Below, in pieces: positions 34,206-48,137 of a stretch of DNA of 64,000 nucleotides. Each line of letters opens with the position of its first letter. The first letter of the stretch is position 1. Source of the stretch: Klebsormidium nitens (lineage: Eukaryota; Plantae; Klebsormidiophyceae); NCBI GenBank assembly GCA_000708835.1, contig DF237179.1, positions 62,001 to 126,000 on the forward strand, read 5' to 3'. The position numbers were made by a program, and so were the translations under genes. The notes below the pieces were generated by a model. The model had not been told where the DNA came from and did no database searches. It saw only the letters and a list, made by a program, of their open reading frames with translations.

Positions 34206-36709
34206 CTAATCCTTCATCATGAGGCTCTTGCTTTGATCTCTTCGAATCAGCAACGCAACCAGCGGTAGCAATTCCGGAACAAGCCGGCGTGCACCCGTCA
34301 CAGGAAAGCGCCCCCTCCGTCGAGATAGTGGCCCGACCGCGTTCCGACCCGACCGCCTAAACCCCAAAACCCTCCGCTGTCTCGTTGGGCTCAACATCGC
34401 CTCGAAGAGCGCGTCCATCCGAACCTGCTTCCTGAGGCAACCCACAACTCTCCTCCGTTGCACCGTGTCACTAACGTGCCCCTCCCTGCGAACGGCTGAC
34501 CCTGTTTCTGCTTCAGGGCCGCCTCCGCGCCGACACGTGTCGCAACCTCTTTGGCTCTCCTCAGCCGCAAGCTCCTCTTCCGCACTTGTGCCTGAGCAAC
34601 GGCTGAGACTCTTGAACGCGGCACCGCTCTCCAGCGGTCCGCTTAAGTTCAACGGGCCTGAAAACGGCCCGAATCCTTTCTGCGGCTCCGCACACGCCAC
34701 GGAACCGAAAGCCGTCACTGCAAGCTGGTTGGTATAATCTAGGTTAATCCCCTCTTCTCCGGCCCCAACATCCTTCTTAATAGCCGGTCTCCGAGCCACC
34801 AGAACCTTCCTCCGGTTGCCGAGCGGATTTCTCTCGACTCCCGGGGCGGAATCTCCGGTGCCCAATTCAAAAGCCGGGACGGCTGTCTTCTGCGCCGGTT
34901 GTTCAGCGAAAAAGCTCGGTCCTCCTTTAGTTGCTTCGAACTTGACGGACGTATTCACACCAGGCCGCTCCGAACTCGTTGCATTGCTTCTTGCTACCGG
35001 GTGCGCTGAGTCGGCCCTCCTCATCCTCGGATCCGTTTCCGCTTGGCAACCACCGGAACCCGGCGCTCCCAGAACCGCTGACGTCACGCCCGCCTCCGGT
35101 GACGTTTGCCCTGCTGCCCGGCCAAACCCTCCGAAACCCGCAGCTCCCGTCGCCCTCAACCGCCGCACTTCGTCCTCCAGCTCAGACACCCGTTCTTTGT
35201 ACGCCTTTTCGGCCGCCTCCTGGTGCCTTTTCACACCCGCCAAAACCTCCAAACCCTCCGCGAGCTCCCGCTGCAAACCCGCGCGCGCCCTCTGGGACTC
35301 GACGAGCCGCGACAGCGCCGACTCCAGATCTTTCCGCGCGCGCGCCCGCGCACTTTCCGCCTTCTCCGCCTCCGCAGCCGCCTTCTCCCTTGCCACTTTG
35401 TCCCACTCGTATTCTTGCCGCCAGAGCCTCACCTCTCTTTGGAGCCTCTCGTTCAGTTTCCGGACTTTCTCGTTCTCCGTTCCAACATCTTCATTCTCTT
35501 TACGGACGCTCTCGTTCTCTTTTTGGACGTTATCCTTCTCTTTCCGGACGCTTTCGAGGTCCATACGGCAGGCCGCCAGCCGCGATTCGGACGCCCGTAA
35601 CCCCTCCGCTTTCTCCTTCATCGTTTTCTTCACGTTCAGCTGCGCGTTTGCTAGGTCCGCTTTCAGCCCCCTCGCCTCAGCCAGCGCATCATCGCGCGCC
35701 TTCCGTAAACCCTCCAAACCCCGCACCTCCTTTTGTAGCTGATCCCGCTTTCTTTCCAGACCCTCACACCCCTTGCGGGCGCTCTCCATGGCGACTCTCA
35801 GGCTCTGGACTTCGGCGAGGGCGTCGCCCTTTTCTTTAGCCAGGGCTTCTTCCTTGTCGACGTGTTCTTCCTTCTCGGACGCATGCTTTTGAACCAGGCC
35901 CGCCAGCTGGGCTTCGTGCTCCTTGGCGCGGCTGTCGAGCAGCGCAGTGAGGGCCTTGTTCTCATGTGAGAGGCCAAGCATTTCTGACTTCAGCTTCGCA
36001 ACCTGCGGATAAGACACGAGAGTCAGTTCTGGTTGCTTCCTTACACAGAGTTGAGCTGGGACGCCTACTGATTGGTCAGAAGGAAAAGGTGATACCTGCA
36101 AAGCGGGACCAGATTATTGAGCTTGATCGTAGTACCAACGAGAAAGAACGGAAAGTTAATTGGTCTTGGTCGAATCACATTGCCACCTTCTTTGTTCTTG
36201 GAGTGTGTGTGCACCACGCACTTCCATAGAACCCACCCGAACCAAACGGGAATGGGTCGTAAATGTCAAAGGCTCTTTGTATACAGCTATCCACGACAAA
36301 TGGCAGGAAGATCTGATACCAAGTAGCTATCTGTCTGTAACAAAAGTAACCGAATCGAAGAGAATAATCGACAAGAAGACGATTATACAATCCGAATCGG
36401 GAGTGAATTTGAAAAGCAGGGATAGCACAGGGGCCAGACTCAAAAACACGAGCGCGGCCCCACCTCTCCTTGGTACGTGCTGTGCTCCGCATGTCTGCAT
36501 TCCGCGACATACGCCAGCTTTCCCTGCAGCTGTGCCACCTGTCCCTCCACATGCGCGGCGTGCGCACGCGCGCTTTCCAGCTGGGCGCGCGCCCCCTCCA
36601 GCAGCGCGACCTGCTGATCCTGGGCCGTCTCCAGCGCCCACTGGAGGCACTCAAGGCGACGCTCCCGCGATCTCGTCGTTTTGGGAGTCTTGAGAGGCTT
36701 AGGGCTTGC
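34206..36709 (-). CDS. Long coiled-coil protein with low-complexity C-terminal tail; 5' exons unresolved
   Basis: Exons 36709-36464 and 36002-34206 join in phase 0 (GAG|GTGGGG ... CCGCAG|GTT). About 330 aa of E/K/R/L/A heptads. Upstream exons probably lie in 36750-40060 but could not be assembled. Confidence 0.65.
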
Positions 36710-39700
36710 CTGGACATCCAAAGCTTTGGGGTGTCAGAATCTTTGGAGACATACAGTGAGCAAGAGGAAGTGGGGCAAATGACGAGCTTGACTTGGCTTC
36801 TGTGGAGCAGCTTGAATCTGCTGAGAGAGACTCGGAGGTATCACCACTGGAAAGGCACAAAGGTTTCATTTCTGAGTTGACGGCTTAGGAGCTTTGACCA
36901 TGATAACATGGGAAGTGTAAGCTGGAACACAAGCACCAGGAGGAGCCAAAGTCCCAGAGTACCACAAGAACGGATCCAGAATACTATCATAGAGCACAGG
37001 CGAGCACGCCTGAAATCGAAATTCATTCTTCAGCTGGCAATAAACAGAGTCGAAGGAGCCGACTCTGCTTATGAGGTCAAACACTAACGGGGGGTGCGGT
37101 GTTGTCTAGCTATGTGTGTACTGTACACAGATCCTGAGCAACAGCCATTCTGGTCTTAAAGAATGGGCGTACATGACAGCACCTCGTAACGACTTCAGCA
37201 CCCTGTTCTTTGAAATTTTTGAAAACGCATGAGGCCGGTGCTCAAGATCCAGGTGTATGTATTCTCAGAATCTTACAAAGCGCACGAGTTGAAAGACGGC
37301 CGTCGTCACAGCTGTCACACAGGTCATGCATGTTGACAGGTGGCAACCAGGCTTCAATTCTGAAGTCCCGCCAGCTGTGAAACCTGAGAAACCCACAACT
37401 CTACTTTCACTCTGACTCTCATTGACAGCCTTCCTGAGCGACATTGCATATACAAAACCTAGCCAGGCCTGGGGGCTAGTAGGATCACTCAGGCTACGGA
37501 GCATGCAAAGTTCTTGATCAGCTTGGAGAGAGAATGCCAATCTATAAGGCAAGGACTGGTCCTTCAATCTCAGGTTCTCACCATGATAAGCGCCCCATCT
37601 CTACCAGGGCTCCTGTTCTCTTTCAGGTCATAGAAAGGGTCTTCTGGCAATGCGATCTGGAGCCTAGCCTTGGCCATGCTGACATGCGGGCCCCACAAAA
37701 ACCTGCAAAGCACAGTAACAAAGCAATGTTGTAGACCGGTTTGTGTATCTATCTTCCACAGAGGGTCAACCTATCATCTGCAAAAGGTGCCCTTATGGGT
37801 TTGACTCTAGTTATAAGGGGTTTGCGATAGCATTTTAGCCAGCAATGCAGCATGCATTATACAGCCCTCATGGTCAAGAATGTTCAACTTTGTCCCAGTT
37901 TGCTTGCTAAAAGCCAGCCTCTATCTTCCTAGAAAGAAGGGGCAGTCTGAATGGCGTTTGTTGCATCTCGTCTTGCTCATGAGAAAGGCGCGTGACATGC
38001 ATCTCCGGAAGTCAAACACTTCTTGAAACACACATGATCTATGCTGATTTCCAGTTGAAGCACACTAGAGGGAAGGTAGTGAAGCAGCCTACCTTGTTCA
38101 ATGGATGCTATGATCCTTGTGTGCAATCTGATCAGAAGAAAGCCTGGGTGTTGGCTCAAAACTGTTTTGGTCAATCTTGTGCTTTCCTGATCCTCTTACA
38201 ATCCAGTGAGATCCCTTGCAGCTAGAAAGAACAAAGGTTCCAAGATACTCCAATAAACAACATGCTGCAACAAAACTGATTCATCCTTCATTAGTACAGG
38301 CTTCATGAGGGAAACTGGATGTCAATTCTGGCGAGGAGATAAGTGAGGCCCTTGCGGCAAATGAGGAGGAAGCATTCCGCAGTGGTCTTTTCAATTGAGC
38401 TGTGCTTTGAACGGTAGGTACTGCATGATTCCATCATGCATTGAAATTATCACCATGGGCTGCTCTTTCCAGAATCCATCTTTCCAAGCCATGCAATTTG
38501 GGCAGCGGTTTGCAACAGCCATCGCCCTGGCAGCACCATCGTTCTTTCTTAGGCACCAGTAGACTCTCCCGAGCCCTCAATTGGCCCTGCGTGCTTGGTC
38601 GGCAAGGGTGCTCCAGGGACCACGCAACGTACCGACCACTCTCTCCCTCCAGCGCCAAAACATTCGCAAACCCTAATTTTCACAAGCTTGCTCGTCTTCA
38701 TGCAGGCGGGGTACTGATCTTCAAATTTTCTATGGCGCATCCTCCGTTTGTCCTGGAAAAATTTCGACGCTAATGCTAGAGCATGGCTATGATTCAGAGT
38801 GTGACTTTATTTCAAAGTTTGTTTGTTATAGTATAGCACAATATAGGCTAGCCTGAGATTGAGTTCTAGGGGGCTTGAAGTTGGGGGACGGGTTAGCTGG
38901 TTCTTTTTTTTGGCGACGTTCTTTTCTGCACCAGCATGCAAATTAGGATGCGCCTTTTGGAGCCCACACATTCTGACTTTCTCTTCGTGCTCTTCACGAC
39001 GTAGAGAGTACATACTGCTGATTGTAACCCTTTTTACACGCCACACTACTTACATTGACCTGATAAGAGACAGCATTGCATCCTTGAAGCTGAAGCATGG
39101 CCCAAGAAACCACAATGGCCCCAGGAGAGATCCCTACATAACACACAATGCTGCAAACTGGCTTAACCTACAAAGATTGACAAGGTGAAGCTTTGATACT
39201 TTGAGCTTTGGGCATGCGCTTTGAGATGGGGCCAGAGCTAAAGGCGGGTGGGAAGAACATAACTGTGTAGATGAGTAGGAAGTTCGGGCCACAGAATGAA
39301 CGTGAGGGAACTATGGCAAGTTGGGCGGGTTGCAATGGCTCCTGGAGGCCGTTCACACTTTGAGGGCAGGAGGTGACAGCAGCGGCCCTTTTCCTTCCTG
39401 GTAAGGAGCAAGAAGCAAAGTCCGACAAGCATCTCCCAAAGGGCAATGGTTCTGAATTGGTGCTTTGAAGCAGGTTTGCAACCTCAAAGGATGGCTTCCA
39501 GCTTTGTTTAGCGTGAAGTGGGGTGAGAATGGCGTGGGAAGTGCGGCACGATTTCATCAACTTCTTATGGGTGTGGGGGTTGCGTCAAACTTTTCCACGG
39601 GCGCTCAGGCCATGTATTTCAGGCGCCTGTGATTCCCGATAGCAATTGCCCAGCTATAGTCGAGCCACCTGCCCTTGGTACACTTCAAGGTTCGATGATT

Positions 39701-40332
39701 AGGCAAACAGATAGCAATATTGCTAAATGAGTCCGGTGCTTAAAGGGGTATCTTTGTTCTCGTGAAGCTCTTCATACTTTTGAGACCTTGTCCCCAAGCG
39801 CACAGTTTTTCCTGATTGGGGGCGCACCTCTCCAAGACGCCGAAAGGCAATGCTCGCTCTCCTTATAACAGAGACTGCTTTCATCACCTTTGACTGCATC
39901 GTTTCCACCACTGTCCTAATACACCAACTTTCGATTCAGCATGTGGAGCAGATCTCTGCAGCAAATTGCATCAGCGTGCCCAAAGTCCAGATTCAAACTA
40001 GCCTCCTTGAAGTCTCACCAAAAGTCGGCCCCATCCCTTGCTGACGCTTCCAAATCCTCGCCGAACCTCATGTAACCATTAATCAGTCTCAGCTAACCCC
40101 CACCCGAACCTCGTGTTAACCGTCGTTAAATCTCCATCAAAGCCCTGCTAAACCCCTCAGATCCACAGACAATCGAGAGCTGACCCCTAAAACGCCTCTG
40201 GCGTGCCTCCCCTACAGTCCCACCAAACGTCGGCTCAATTTCCGCCAAAGCTCCAAAGCCCCCACCAAACCTCACGTAAACCGTCGGTAGACCTCAGCTA
40301 AACCCCTGCCAAACCTCCGCTTCCCGCAGCCA

Positions 40333-41526
40333 ATGGAGGGTTATCCCCAAGAGCGCCTCTGGCGATGCCTCCCCGTACGGCCTGCCCCCGAGCACGAGGC
40401 AGTGGCCGTGTTTGGGAGCCTCATCGCGTGCGTAAGCCAGGCCAAAGGGAGCGTACGGCGCAACAACGGCGAGGCGCTCGCTATTTCGGACGCTTTCGAG
40501 GAGGAACAATTGCGGAGGTTGCGACAGCTTAGGAAGCAGGTGGGACTGGCTGGAATGTTGCATGCGGGGTCGCATCAAGACCGGATGTTATTTTCAGCTA
40601 TTTTGGATGTCTGAAATTGCGGTTGGCCGGAATCAATGAAGGAGAAGATCCTTCAGTATTTACAAAGTATGTGATGTACTGTGGCTTTCAGAAATGAAGA
40701 CCGCCTTGACGCTATATGATCATCACCCTATTGTTTTGGCATTATTCTTCTACTGACATTCCGCTCAACAGTTGCTGAACCTGGGTCACGTGTCCGTAGC
40801 AATATGCGATTGGGAGTCAGCCGAGAATACTCGCAAATGCTTTCCCATAGACCGCAATGATCGAACGTTTTGCCAGACGCACGTCTCGACTGTGCGATCA
40901 AGCGTCTCCTTCATCCTCGGACGAACGTTCACTTCTCGAGACACGTTTTTCGAATGTCGTGATTATTCAAGCTTGCTTTCATAAACCAAAGCGCTTAATC
41001 TCTCTCCTGCAGCTCCATACGCTATGCACACGGGACGCGGACGCGGCAGTGGCAACGGCCCGTTACGCAGGCCGACTCTCTCCGGCCACGCTCCAGGAAG
41101 TTCTCATCGTGCTGGTACGCTAAAACCCAACCCGCCCAGTACCGCCCCTTCTTCATCTTGGAAGGGTGTGTCGAGTAATCGTAACGTCTGACCCAATTGG
41201 GGCCGTTCATTATTGCGACAGCTTTGGAATGCTGCCGTGCTACATGTACACCAAGGTAAGACAAAGGACTATTCGCAGCAGTCAGAATACACGTTATTCT
41301 GCTCGGGTTGTCGTCGTAACGTGGTTACTCGCTGTTTACGCTCTTGATAGCCGTCCTTAACCTTCCACAAAGCATAAGGGTTGGGAGAAGTCTGCACTGC
41401 TGGTCCTTGTTCCGCTACGACCGTTCTGTCAGCCTTGAAGGAATCTCGGCGGAACTGCTGCTACAAGAAGCTCTTGCCGGCTCTAAACACGTCGCTTGGA
41501 GGGGAAAACAAAGTCGGGACCTCTGA
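40333..41526 (+). CDS. Hypothetical protein, about 172 aa, 4 exons
   Basis: Exons 40333-40539, 41013-41114, 41222-41255, 41351-41526 with canonical GT-AG sites and consistent phases (0,0,1). No family recognised. Confidence 0.65.
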
Positions 41527-42129
41527 GATTCTGAATGCTTAAGAGTCCAGAAGTTTCGAAGAGCCGAAACCGATAAGGGGGCGTCCGTTTAGGTCTAGGA
41601 GCTCGTCGAGTCTGCGCAGCGCCTTCGAGGCAGCGTGCCAGCTACAAAGAGTTTTTGTCGATTCGCATTATAGTACGCGTTTATTTACAGCTTTTGTTGT
41701 AAGAAGTTATTACTTCATACTCTTGGAAGCAAACAAATCCTTTTTTCTTCATTTCAATTCCCTTTTGGGGCAACGACATCGTTCCTTAGGGGATTGGAAC
41801 GAAATGTAATGGAACAACATCGCTGCAACTTCTTCTGAACCTTCGTGTTGCAAAACAGGACCAACTGTATCCAAGCTGTTGTCCTCCTATTCCCCAAACG
41901 CACCATGAAAGGAAAAGCGCGCCTGACGCCAGAGGCTTTCTTCGAGTACCATTCTTTCCTCTTTCTCCTTGTTCTCTGTTATCGACTTTTTGATATTGTC
42001 TAACAAGCATCAGTGGAAGAACATTCAGCCGTACCCTTCACGCCCTCAACCTTCCCGCCCCAATATCGATTGACAAACCTTCTCTTTGATTAAGGCTGCT
42101 GAACCGTCGACTTCTCGCAGGACCTTCTG

Positions 42130-45100
42130 ATGGACTACCCGCTGAGCGATTTCATCCGTCAGATGGCGTCAGCGGAGGCCGCCAAAGCGCCAAGGTCGCC
42201 GAGGCTGACGCGCACTCCCGCTCAACCAAGGAAACCCCGAGACCTCAAACGCAACCCAAACCCTGGCCCTAAGCCTGGCCCACAATCCGCGACCGCGGCC
42301 TCTCCCCGGTTGGTGATAGACACAATTTTGGAGGGCGATGAGAATGCGTCCCTTTTGAGAGTTGAGCTACCGGTTCTGAGCAGAAACCGCTCGGATCTGC
42401 ACAATTCCGGCTCGCCCAACGTTCCGCCCAGCGGAAGCAGCCCTGCCGGCGGAACCAAGATGAGCAAGAGCGCCTCGGTCCGGCGCGCGCAACTAGACGT
42501 GCGGTCGTTCAAACTGAGCTTGAAGCAGCGCGAGGAGGAGTTCACACCGGAACCCTGGGAGGACGTGTACGAGAACGGAACGGAAGAGCCGGAATTCAAC
42601 GGACTAGACTGGGATCTCGGCGAAGGGATGGAAGGGGTTCGGGAGGAGAACCCCACGCAGACGCGCGGCCGCGGCCGCGGGCGAAAGGCGCACACTGGCA
42701 AGGTCTTGGGCGCGGGCGCAATGGGCTGGAATCGTGGCAGCTCGAGGATGAGCCACGTGGCGTTTCCAGAAGGGCGCCGTGAGTCCGAACGGCGGTCACG
42801 GGCGTCCGGCTCTCTCCGGGAGTCGCGGGTGTCCGAATCGACGCCTTACAGGCGTTCTGAAGAGGAGGACACGTCGAGGTTGTCCGACTCTCAAAAGCAA
42901 GCAAAGACAGTGGATTCTGGTTCCGGTAAGGCTGTTCCGGCGGAAATAGGGCACGTATCACAGGAGAAGCGGTTGGATTTGTTGCGGCCGATAGGAGAGG
43001 AGGAGGAACGTCCCGAAAGCTCGCCGAGGCAGGCCTTGAATGGTGTGAACAGGCGTCTGATTCCGGACGGAACGGAAGCGGAACCGCTCGGCCGGAACGA
43101 GAGCGGGGTTGAACACTTAGAAGGGCGACCCGGGTCGAGGGACGCAGAGGAACGGATCGCCACCGCGATGCTCCTGGCGGATCTGCTAGGGCGCAGGTCG
43201 AACTTCTGCGAGCCTGCGCTGATACGTGGCAGCCGCTCGGGGAGCACACGTGGCAGCCGCCCAGCGAGCACAAACCCCGGGAAGAAGATCGACGTCGTCC
43301 CCCCAGTTCTCAAACGCGTTCTGAGCGCGCACGTCCTGAGAACTTTGACAACAGATTTGGCGACCGTGGAGACCAATCATACTAGAAGTGGGTCGCTGGG
43401 CGCGAGAAGGGTTCCCGGGGCAGTTCATTTACCGAAGCTCGTCAAGAAAACGACGAGAAAACTTGTTTCCCCTCGTTTGACAGCTAAGCGGCCGGGAACC
43501 GCACTGGCGGCCTCATTGCCGGCGACCACGGAGCTTGGTGTCGCAAGTAAAAGGCGGCCGGCGACGGCGCTCGAGCTACGGCGAAGAACGGCTTCCGAGG
43601 ACTCAGTTCCGGCTTTCATGCATTCCGTCCGGAAAAGTTTGGGCGGCGACTCCCAAGACGCAGCGGCGCACGCGGCATTCGTGGAGGGTTTGGAGAGGGG
43701 TTTGGGTGGCGATATACTCGGGGGTTTGGAGCAAACCGGGCATAGGTTAACGGATGAGACGACAAGCCTGACTAACGAAAGCCCAACGGCCTCGGAAGGC
43801 GCCGTTCCGTTCCTTCCGGCGAGCGGCGACTCACCGGAACCTCCCTTGGAAACGGTCCCGGAGAACGGAAGGCCGAAAGTGCTAGTTCCTCCGCTGGACC
43901 TGCGCGCGCACATGGCCCGCCATGTGGCGTCTCCTCGATCCAGGAGCGCGCGCGCGCAGACGACCAGGCGCGAGTCGCGGCTCCGCCACTGCATCGTGCG
44001 GCGAAGCCGCAGCTTCTCCGAACTCAAATCCAACTCCCGGGCAGACGTGTATATTCACGTCTCCCCGCAAACTAGAGAAGCGGGAAAAGTCGCTGACCAA
44101 AGTCAGCCCCGCTCCCCTGGCCGGGCGCCCGCGCCGTCCATTCCTTCGTCGGCCCGCGGCCGCGCGCCCAAACCCTTGCTCACACGCGCGCACTCTTCAT
44201 TGGCGCGGCCTTCCGGTGATCCGGCCTCTCCCCGCCCGCAACCCCCCAGGCGCCATCACAGCTTCTCGCACGTCGAAACGCGCAAAACTCCCAAACCCCT
44301 AGCGTCGCCCCGCGGGCCGCACACGACGCGTGCGGACTGGCGGCTTCGTGACCATAACGGGCTTGTCAACTCCCATCCCTTAAACCTAAACCCGGCGCTA
44401 AACCCTTCATCGAACCCTCCTTCAAGCCCTGGGCTTAGCCCCCGCGCCGCGAATGCGGATCGCGGGAAAAAAGAGCCCCCTGCTGACGTCAGCAGGCCGC
44501 CACCTGCATCCGCCCACCCAACGCCACGTGGCGTTGCGGACGCTCGCAGCTCAGAGACGTCCACATCGCGGACGCCCAGACAGAAGGAGGGTGTTTACAA
44601 GCGGAGCCTCAGCAATAACGTGCAGAAAGTAATGAAACCCGTACAACCGCAGAAGCGACCTACGAGCCACGTGCCCAGGTCGAGTCGGCCCGTACGGGGA
44701 CCGCCGTCTGCCAGGGACCTTCGCAGGTGAAATCTTTGGCCTACCCGTTGAAAAAAGAGGAGACTCTTCCAAATGAAAAACTTTGATGCGGGTGAAATAT
44801 GGATGCGAAACGTGCCAGGCACAGATGGTGCGTCTGTCTTTCGAAGATGTACCAGTTGAATCTTAGAATCCAGGTAGTTACTGCATCTGAAAGCGGGAAG
44901 CCGCTGAGGGGAGTTTGACCACGCTTGAAGTACTTGGTGTTGCGGAACCAATCATCGTGTGGTCTCGTGGATCGAAGGACAGCGTTCACTTGCATCTCTT
45001 GAGAATCAAGCGCTCTCTAAAACGTCTCACTCCTTGATTGGACCATCTATAAAGATAACATCGGGAAGGATGAAGCAATCATCTGCAATCTTAAAAGTGT

Positions 45101-48100
45101 ACTGCTACTGCTCGAGTTCTTGCGACTCGCACCCCGATAGCGACTCCGCTCTTCGCTGCAGAAACACGTCGATGGGTTTCCGGCCCCCTGCGCCGTCGAA
45201 CTCCAGCAGTCCTTCTCCACCGGCTTGCGCTTTCGACGCTAAACATTCAGCCGCCCCCAGCCCCTTGCCGCGCCCACTCCCCGAAACGTTCGAACCAGAG
45301 GCGGCGAGCGCGCCGCCCACCGGACGCTGGACCCCGTCCGAATCGGACGCCGCCAGCTGTGTGGACCTGGACGCGACACGTGGCCCCGACCCGGCGAAGA
45401 GCTACGCGCTCGCGTGTGACGTCATCAGGGTCCCGCAGTCGTTTGCGGTGCTGCGGCAGCTGGGGCTGGTGCGGATGGAGGTGAGGACACGTGGCGGGTT
45501 ATTTTTAGCCGATTTTCTGTAGAGTGCTACTGTCAAAGTCTGGCTCTTGAAGAGGGTTGTTATGAAAGGTATGAGCTAAGAAGGGCTGCTGTCTGACGCA
45601 TTGATTGAATCTTTCTATATACAGACTTGTCCAGAACCGCAGCTCGTAGAGGCTGCTGCGAGTCCAGGTAGTATCGTTTGGGGAGACTCCTCAGGTCGAG
45701 ACAACACCGAATGAAGGCCTCAGGACGAGATTCTGAGAGAATCGCAACGATAAAGCAGAAGTTGTGGGAAAGGTCCCCGTCAAAAGAAAAATTTCACTTG
45801 TTTTCATTACATTACTATACCATGATTCCCTCATCCTGCAATTATTGATACCGAAGCTCTCTTCTCTCTCGTGCCAGAGAGCACTGAAGCTTATCTTTTG
45901 AAGTCCGCCATAAAGAACCGTCTTCCTCCTCTTACTTCTCGAATCCCTGTCAATAGTGCGTTTACTCTTAGATTCGCAATCAATATACCTCTCCTCATCC
46001 GCCGCCCCTCTTTTTCGCGCAGCTCGCGCACTGCGGTCTGAGTCGAAGGGGCCTGGAAGCATTCCTGCGCGCCGTTCCGGCTTGCCCGCAGCTCCGTGCG
46101 CTGAATCTGGCCGGAAACCAGATCGACGGAACGGGCTGCAAGCTCCTGTCGGAAGGGCTGCGCGAGCACGCGCCGGGGCTGCAAGACCTCGACCTAAGTA
46201 GCAACCGGTGGGTCTTGCTCTGCTTCTTTAAATCTTGCTTTGTCTCTCTTTTGCTCCCAGAATCCTTCGTGAGCCTGTTCTGCTCGTCGGAGCTCTGCCT
46301 GATTTTGGTCTTGATGCTCCCGGGGGAAGCGGGCACGTAAGAAGGGCCGAGAAAAGCCACTTACAAGGAATCTGGGGACTCCGATCCCCGAGGTATAATT
46401 TTGAGGAGACCACGAATCTTTTATGTGACAGGTTTATTGAAGTTTGGGTTCTTGGTCTAGCCACTGAATCTGATCAGACCCCTCGAGCTGAACAGGTCGC
46501 CGCTAATGGTTATATACGGAGAACCCACTTGACTTTGTGGAGTTTCATCCATTCCGGTACACACCAATTGAGAGTAATAATGTAACATCTTCATAGAAGC
46601 GACATTGTTCTGCGAAAATGCTACATGCGGATGAAATGTCACCTTGTACGTATGTGAATTGTTGAGAAAGCAGATCGGATCTCTTACTTCCAGGGGAGAA
46701 TGGCTATTATTTCCATTATGGTGTACAGGGTCTCCTTGGCGGGTGTCCAAGCGCTGACATCACCCAGCGTCACTACCGGCAGCGTCCTGGCCCGCCTGCA
46801 GACGCTGAGCCTCCGGGCAAACAGCCTCCCGGACACCGCCACGTGTCTCCTCGTGACGTCACTGCAGAACGGCTGCCAGATGCAGGTGATCGCGCACACA
46901 TCTACTTTGGTTCGTTATGCTATATGCCTCGGTTTTGAAATGAGTTCTCCACTTTTTCACGTCATCAGACCATTCCTCTTCCTTCTTTGTCCGGAATATC
47001 CAAAATGATCCTCACGGATATCAATACAAGCTCGAAACGTCTTGATTTCGGTCGTCTCGTTTTGAGTGGACACAAGACAAATTCAAACCAAAGGTCCGAG
47101 CGACTGCCGCTGAATCCCCAAGAAACGGCAACTCCCCTCGCGTCCTGCAGGGTTTGGACCTGGCTGACAACGGCGCGGCCGGACGGACCGCGGCCGCGCT
47201 CGCGGTTCTGCTAGGGGTTAACTCGACCCTGCGAACCCTGGACCTCTCGTGGAACCATCTGCCGGGAAACACCGCCGCAGTGTTGGCGGAGGCACTGGCG
47301 GGCAACAAAACTCTTGACGTGGTGAGTTGGGAAGAGTAAGAGCGGAACGGGAAACGGACGAGGAAAGGTGGAGCTGTACGGAGGAAGCGCAGGTCACGGA
47401 TCCTTGCGACCGGTTGTCTGTTCTTGCCCTCGTCGCTCTTCTTCAAAGCATTTTTGACATTGGGCGTGCCCGGAATATCAATTATCGGGAGCCCAAATTT
47501 TCGTATTACTTCGACGCAAAGCCAGCAGGGTCACCGTCAAAGTTCCTTGACTTGTACCAATGGACCTCAACGCAGAACCTCCAGTCAGTTCCTTGACTTG
47601 TACCAATGGACCTCAACGCAGAACCTCCAGTCAGTTCCTTGACTTGTACCAATGGACCTCAACGCAGAACCTCCAGTCAACACCGTCGTCGTGTCAAAAA
47701 GTCTTGTCCTCACTGCGCGATTTAAAAGTCGCATACGCGATGGTACGCGCGATTGCACAAGTGGCGCAGTTCGGGATGTAGGGAGCAAATCAGGGGTCCC
47801 GCATTTGCATAGCGTCTTCCGGCTGAAAGTTCTGCACGGTTACGTAACAGGCTCGAGCAACCCGTGACGTTGAAAACGACGGCCGTCAGATTTCTGTGAG
47901 AATCTTAGCGAGTTAAGTTCCCACCTTGTTCCTCCATTCTGTTCCTCGCAGTTGAAAGTGGCTCATAACAGCATGGGTGCGGCTGGCGACGTCGCCATGA
48001 AAGAGTTGCTGGATAGACGCCGGCGGACTTCGCTTCCGGCGGATCAAGCACCGCGGCATGACGAAGCAAAAGAGATAGTTGAAAGCGGAAAACCGTTATC

Positions 48101-48137
48101 AGGCGGAACGGCGCAAGAGCCAGCTGTCGCTTCCTAG
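42130..48137 (+). CDS. Large protein: about 900-aa disordered R/S/P-rich N-terminus plus C-terminal RNase-inhibitor-type LRRs (LRRC74-like), about 1204 aa
   Basis: Exons 42130-44726, 45162-45480, 46023-46207, 46729-46885, 47151-47321, 47952-48137 with consistent phases. LRRs LRALNLAGNQI, LQDLDLSSN, LQTLSLRANSL, LDLADN and LRTLDLSWNHL, preceded by a YALAC..VP...VLRQL cap. Confidence 0.85.
47541..47678. repeat. Three perfect 46-bp tandem copies in the last intron of the LRR gene
   Basis: AGTTCCTTGACTTGTACCAATGGACCTCAACGCAGAACCTCCAGTC at 47541, 47587 and 47633, with no spacers. Confidence 0.97.

Noticed and set aside
34816-35839. Long plus-strand ORFs (308 and 286 aa)
   Set aside because: Antisense to the coiled-coil exon; S/F/P-rich composition typical of shadow frames.
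42222-44564. Several overlapping ORFs on both strands
   Set aside because: GC-rich shadows of the 866-codon exon.
47541-47678. CRISPR-like array
   Set aside because: The repeats are head-to-tail with no spacers, in a eukaryotic intron, with no cas genes.
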